Below, piece after piece: positions 61,316 to 64,000 of a DNA stretch of 64,000 bases. The stretch comes from an uncultured Prevotella sp. GTDB taxonomy: Bacteria > Bacteroidota > Bacteroidia > Bacteroidales > Bacteroidaceae. Location: NCBI GenBank assembly GCA_905235905.1, contig CAJONO010000070.1, positions 253-64,252 of the forward strand, written 5' to 3'. Position numbers and translations under genes: made by a program. How positions within the stretch are numbered: position 1 is the stretch's first letter; every line of letters begins with the position of its first letter. The notes beneath the pieces were generated by a model. It was not told the DNA's origin and made no database searches. It worked only from the letters and a program-made list of their open reading frames with translations.

Positions 61316-62176
61316 ATGATGCACTTCCCCATAGAAAGTCTGAACCTACAGATGCTAAACGTGGGACTGGCCCACCACAACGGCGACTGGAACTGGCAGC
61401 AGGTCAGCTCGCCCTTCACGCGCATCTACCTTGTCACTCAGGGCACCGCCTGCCTTCACCTGCCCACCGGCACTGTCGACCTGCGCACTGGCCGTCTCTA
61501 CATTGTCCCGGCCTACACCCTGCACAGCTACGAGTGCGATGGTGAGTTCGAGCACTACTACCTCCACCTTTACGAAGGATACAAGAGCGAGACCAGCGTG
61601 TTCGAAATGTTTCATTTCCCCACAGAAGTGGCCGCCAGCAACACCGACCACCAGCTCTTTGCCGACATGTGTAGCGCACACCCGCAGGCCCTGCTGCCAG
61701 AGAGCAATCCCCAGGCCTACGACAACAGCACCAGCCTCACCGACTACGTGAAACGCTATAACAGTCTGCCGTTGTGGCAGAAGATGCGCCTGCGGGGCAC
61801 CATGCTGATGCTTTTCTCGCGCTTCATGGAGCAAGCCACGCCACGGGTATGGACCAGCGACGAGCGGCTCACACGGGTGCTTACCTATATCAGCAGCCAT
61901 CTTGGCGAAGAGATTGGCATAGGCACACTCGCCAACATCGCCTGCGTCACCAAGCCACATTTCATACGGCTGTTCCGGCGAGAATTCGGACAGCCACCCC
62001 TGCAATACGTCAACCGCAAGAAGATGGAGCGCGCACAGCTACTCCTGCTCACCGACGACATGCCCCTCAAGGACATTGCCTACCGCGTGGGGCTGAGCGA
62101 CCTCTCCTATTTCATACGCCTCTTCCGCAAAACGGTCGGGACTACGCCACACGAATATAGGACGAGCATGAAGTAG
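61316..62176 (+). CDS. AraC-family transcriptional regulator
   Basis: Cupin-like N-domain and C-terminal HTH (HFIRLFRREFG..P..Y; IAYRVGLSDLSYFIRLFRK..GTTP..YR). Confidence 0.95.
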   Translation: MMHFPIESLNLQMLNVGLAHHNGDWNWQQVSSPFTRIYLVTQGTACLHLPTGTVDLRTGRLYIVPAYTLHSYECDGEFEHYYLHLYEGYKSETSVFEMFHFPTEVAASNTDHQLFADMCSAHPQALLPESNPQAYDNSTSLTDYVKRYNSLPLWQKMRLRGTMLMLFSRFMEQATPRVWTSDERLTRVLTYISSHLGEEIGIGTLANIACVTKPHFIRLFRREFGQPPLQYVNRKKMERAQLLLLTDDMPLKDIAYRVGLSDLSYFIRLFRKTVGTTPHEYRTSMK

Positions 62177-62267
62177 GCCCTGTGCCAACTAAAAAAATTT
62201 GTGTGTCTCGATTGTTTTTCGTACCTTTGCGGCAAATATGACAATCTTCTTAAAAACAAAAGGAATT

Positions 62268-63611
62268 ATGTCAGGATTCAGTAAACAATTCACTTATTTC
62301 ATCTGCCTTGTGTCGGCCATGGGCGGTCTGCTCTTCGGCTATGACTGGGTGGTGATAGGCGGTGCAAAGCCGTTCTATGAACTGTTTTTCAACATCACCG
62401 ACTCGCCGCTGATGCAGGGCGTGGCCATGACGACGGCCCTGATAGGCTGCTTGATTGGTGCCATGGTGGCAGGTTGGGCTGCCGACCGCTATGGCCGCAA
62501 ACCATTGCTGATGGTGAGTGCCGTGCTCTTCACGGTGTCGGCCATCGCCACGGGCCTATTCAGCGACTTCATCCTGTTCAACATCGCCCGTTTCATTGGC
62601 GGCGTAGGCATTGGTGTGGCATCGGCCTTGGCCCCCATGTATATCGCCGAGGTCAGCCCGGCAGAAATCAGGGGGCGCATGGTCAGCCTGAACCAGATGA
62701 CTATCGTGCTGGGCATCCTGGCCGCACAGATAGTAAACATGCTGCTGGCTCGTGAAACAACCGTAGCAGAGAACCAGGCGTGGAACATAGACTGGGGCTG
62801 GCGTTGGATGTTCTGGGCCGAGACGGTGCCCGCTGCCCTGTTCCTCGTGATGAGCTTCTTCATACCAGAGAGTCCAGTGTATATGAAGTTGAAAGAAGAA
62901 GCCCCCTCTTCCTCCCCCGAGGGGGACACAATAGTCCGTAGCCAAGGTGACGAAGCCCCCTTGGGAGCCGTATGGGGGGCCGCTTACCGCCGTGTATTGC
63001 TTCTCGGTCTGGTCATTGCCGTGTTCCAGCAGTGGTGCGGCACGAACGTCATCTTCAACTATGCGCAGGAAATCTTCGTGGGAGCCGGATTCAATGTCGA
63101 CGGCATGTTTATCAACATCGTCATCACGGGCATTGCCAACGTGCTCTTCACCTTCGTAGCCCTCTATACTATCGAGAAGTGGGGACGCAGGACGCTGATG
63201 CTCATCGGTGCCGGCGGCTTGGGACTGATCTACCTCACGCTGGGCACCTGCTACTTCTTCGAGGTGAAGGGCGTGATGATGGTGGCACTCGTTGTCACGG
63301 CCATCTCGATCTACGCCATGACACTGGGTCCCGTGACGTGGACGTTGTTGGCAGAAATCTTCCCCAATCGCATCCGTGGCGTGGCTATGGCTACCTGTAC
63401 GTTTGCATTGTGGGTAGGCTGTTGTACGCTCACCTTCTCATTCCCTTCGATGAACGCGGCTCTGGGTAGCAGTGGCACCTTCTGGATATACTCGGCCATC
63501 TGCATCTGCGCCTTCGTTTTCCTCTTCCGACGCTGTCCTGAGACGAAAGGAAAGTCATTGGAGCAATTAGAAGAAGAATTAGTAACTCACACCCTATGTA
63601 GGGAACAATAG
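62268..63611 (+). CDS. Sugar porter family MFS transporter
   Basis: GGLLFGYD, ADRYGRK, PMYIAEVSP..RG, PESP, FQQWCGTN, PETKGKSLE; promoter TACCTTTG at 62222-62229. Confidence 0.95.
   Translation: MSGFSKQFTYFICLVSAMGGLLFGYDWVVIGGAKPFYELFFNITDSPLMQGVAMTTALIGCLIGAMVAGWAADRYGRKPLLMVSAVLFTVSAIATGLFSDFILFNIARFIGGVGIGVASALAPMYIAEVSPAEIRGRMVSLNQMTIVLGILAAQIVNMLLARETTVAENQAWNIDWGWRWMFWAETVPAALFLVMSFFIPESPVYMKLKEEAPSSSPEGDTIVRSQGDEAPLGAVWGAAYRRVLLLGLVIAVFQQWCGTNVIFNYAQEIFVGAGFNVDGMFINIVITGIANVLFTFVALYTIEKWGRRTLMLIGAGGLGLIYLTLGTCYFFEVKGVMMVALVVTAISIYAMTLGPVTWTLLAEIFPNRIRGVAMATCTFALWVGCCTLTFSFPSMNAALGSSGTFWIYSAICICAFVFLFRRCPETKGKSLEQLEEELVTHTLCREQ
62901..62980. repeat. Degenerate GC-rich palindromic element inside the transporter CDS
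   Basis: GCCCCCTCTTCCTCCCCCGAGGGGG ... CCCCCTTGGGAGCCGTATGGGGGGC inverted arms. Confidence 0.65.
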
Positions 63612-63809
63612 ACCATGAATATTTATTCACTTTAACAATTCACTAAACCGTTGATTTACAGTGTGTTATAATTCATACTGAATTAAGTTTCAATTCATGC
63701 TGAACTACACGATAATTTAAGCTTAACTACATCGGAATTCAGCATGAATTGCAAACGTGCTTCCGCAAAGCCTCAAAATGCATGATTATGCAAACGAAAA
63801 AGGATGGGA
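63611..63809 (+). repeat. Dispersed modular element, copy E5
   Basis: Boxes at 63616-63629 and 63779-63792; palindrome at 63644-63668; AATT-like motifs every 11 bp from 63670 to 63747. Confidence 0.9.
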
Positions 63810-63832
63810 ATTAGTAAAAAAACAATACGACT

Positions 63833-64000
63833 ATGACAGTAAAAGCTTGGAGAGAAATTGTGACAATCCCGACATACGAAGTTGGGAAGCCAGAGAAGAA
63901 CCCTATTTTCTTGGAGAAGCGCGTCTATCAGGGATCGAGCGGCGTGGTCTATCCCTACCCCGTCATCGAGTCGATAGCCAACGAGCCAACACCCCATGAA
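63833..64000 (+). CDS. DUF5107-like protein, N-terminus only
   Basis: Not in the ORF track; translated by hand: MTVKAWREIVTIPTYEVGKPEKNPIFLEKRVYQGSSGVVYPYPVIE. Confidence 0.8.
   Translation, partial: MTVKAWREIVTIPTYEVGKPEKNPIFLEKRVYQGSSGVVYPYPVIESIANEPTPHE

Noticed and set aside
56748-63809. Autonomous IS or composite transposon
   Set aside because: No transposase or integrase ORF, and no flanking target duplication found; kept only as a non-autonomous element hypothesis.
63757-63999. 80-aa ORF in the track at the right edge
   Set aside because: Wrong frame; the frame from ATG 63833 gives a recognisable DUF5107-like N-terminus.

Overview
This 64-kb window looks like a Bacteroidales chromosome, most likely Prevotella-like: it has TAnnTTTG -7 promoter motifs, SusC/SusD genes and short T9SS-type C-terminal sorting tails. 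Contents in order: (1) a fasciclin-lipoprotein/SusC/SusD locus, cut off at the left edge; (2) aminopeptidase P; (3) a 20-kb, seven-gene minus-strand operon of uncharacterised envelope proteins, comprising two paralogous CTD-tailed Ig-repeat proteins, a plug-less beta-barrel, a 2399-aa giant protein, an FN3 protein and two lipoproteins, which together carry five copies of a shared GAFxxxE[CL][RC]G domain; (4) surE-lpxB; (5) GH30 and GH10-CE1 xylan enzymes; (6) two convergent CotH kinases; (7) an M16 peptidase; (8) asd followed by an HMA/TonB-receptor/DUF4876/DUF6850 cassette; (9) two CTD-tailed proteins; (10) an L-galactose-type catabolic operon with an AraC regulator and sugar porter; (11) a DUF5107-like gene start at the right edge. 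The clearest non-coding signal is a five-copy modular element of about 200 bp: 14-bp palindromic box, IHF-like palindrome, array of AATT motifs phased at exactly 11 bp, then a second box. Four copies follow a stop codon in the same orientation. Two copies bracket the sugar module as inverted repeats, with their cores flipped relative to the flanks. Heptamer/octamer repeats and a palindrome have also invaded gene ends and coding loops. I saw no rRNA, tRNA, CRISPR, transposase or integrase. Family names come from motif recognition, not database searches.
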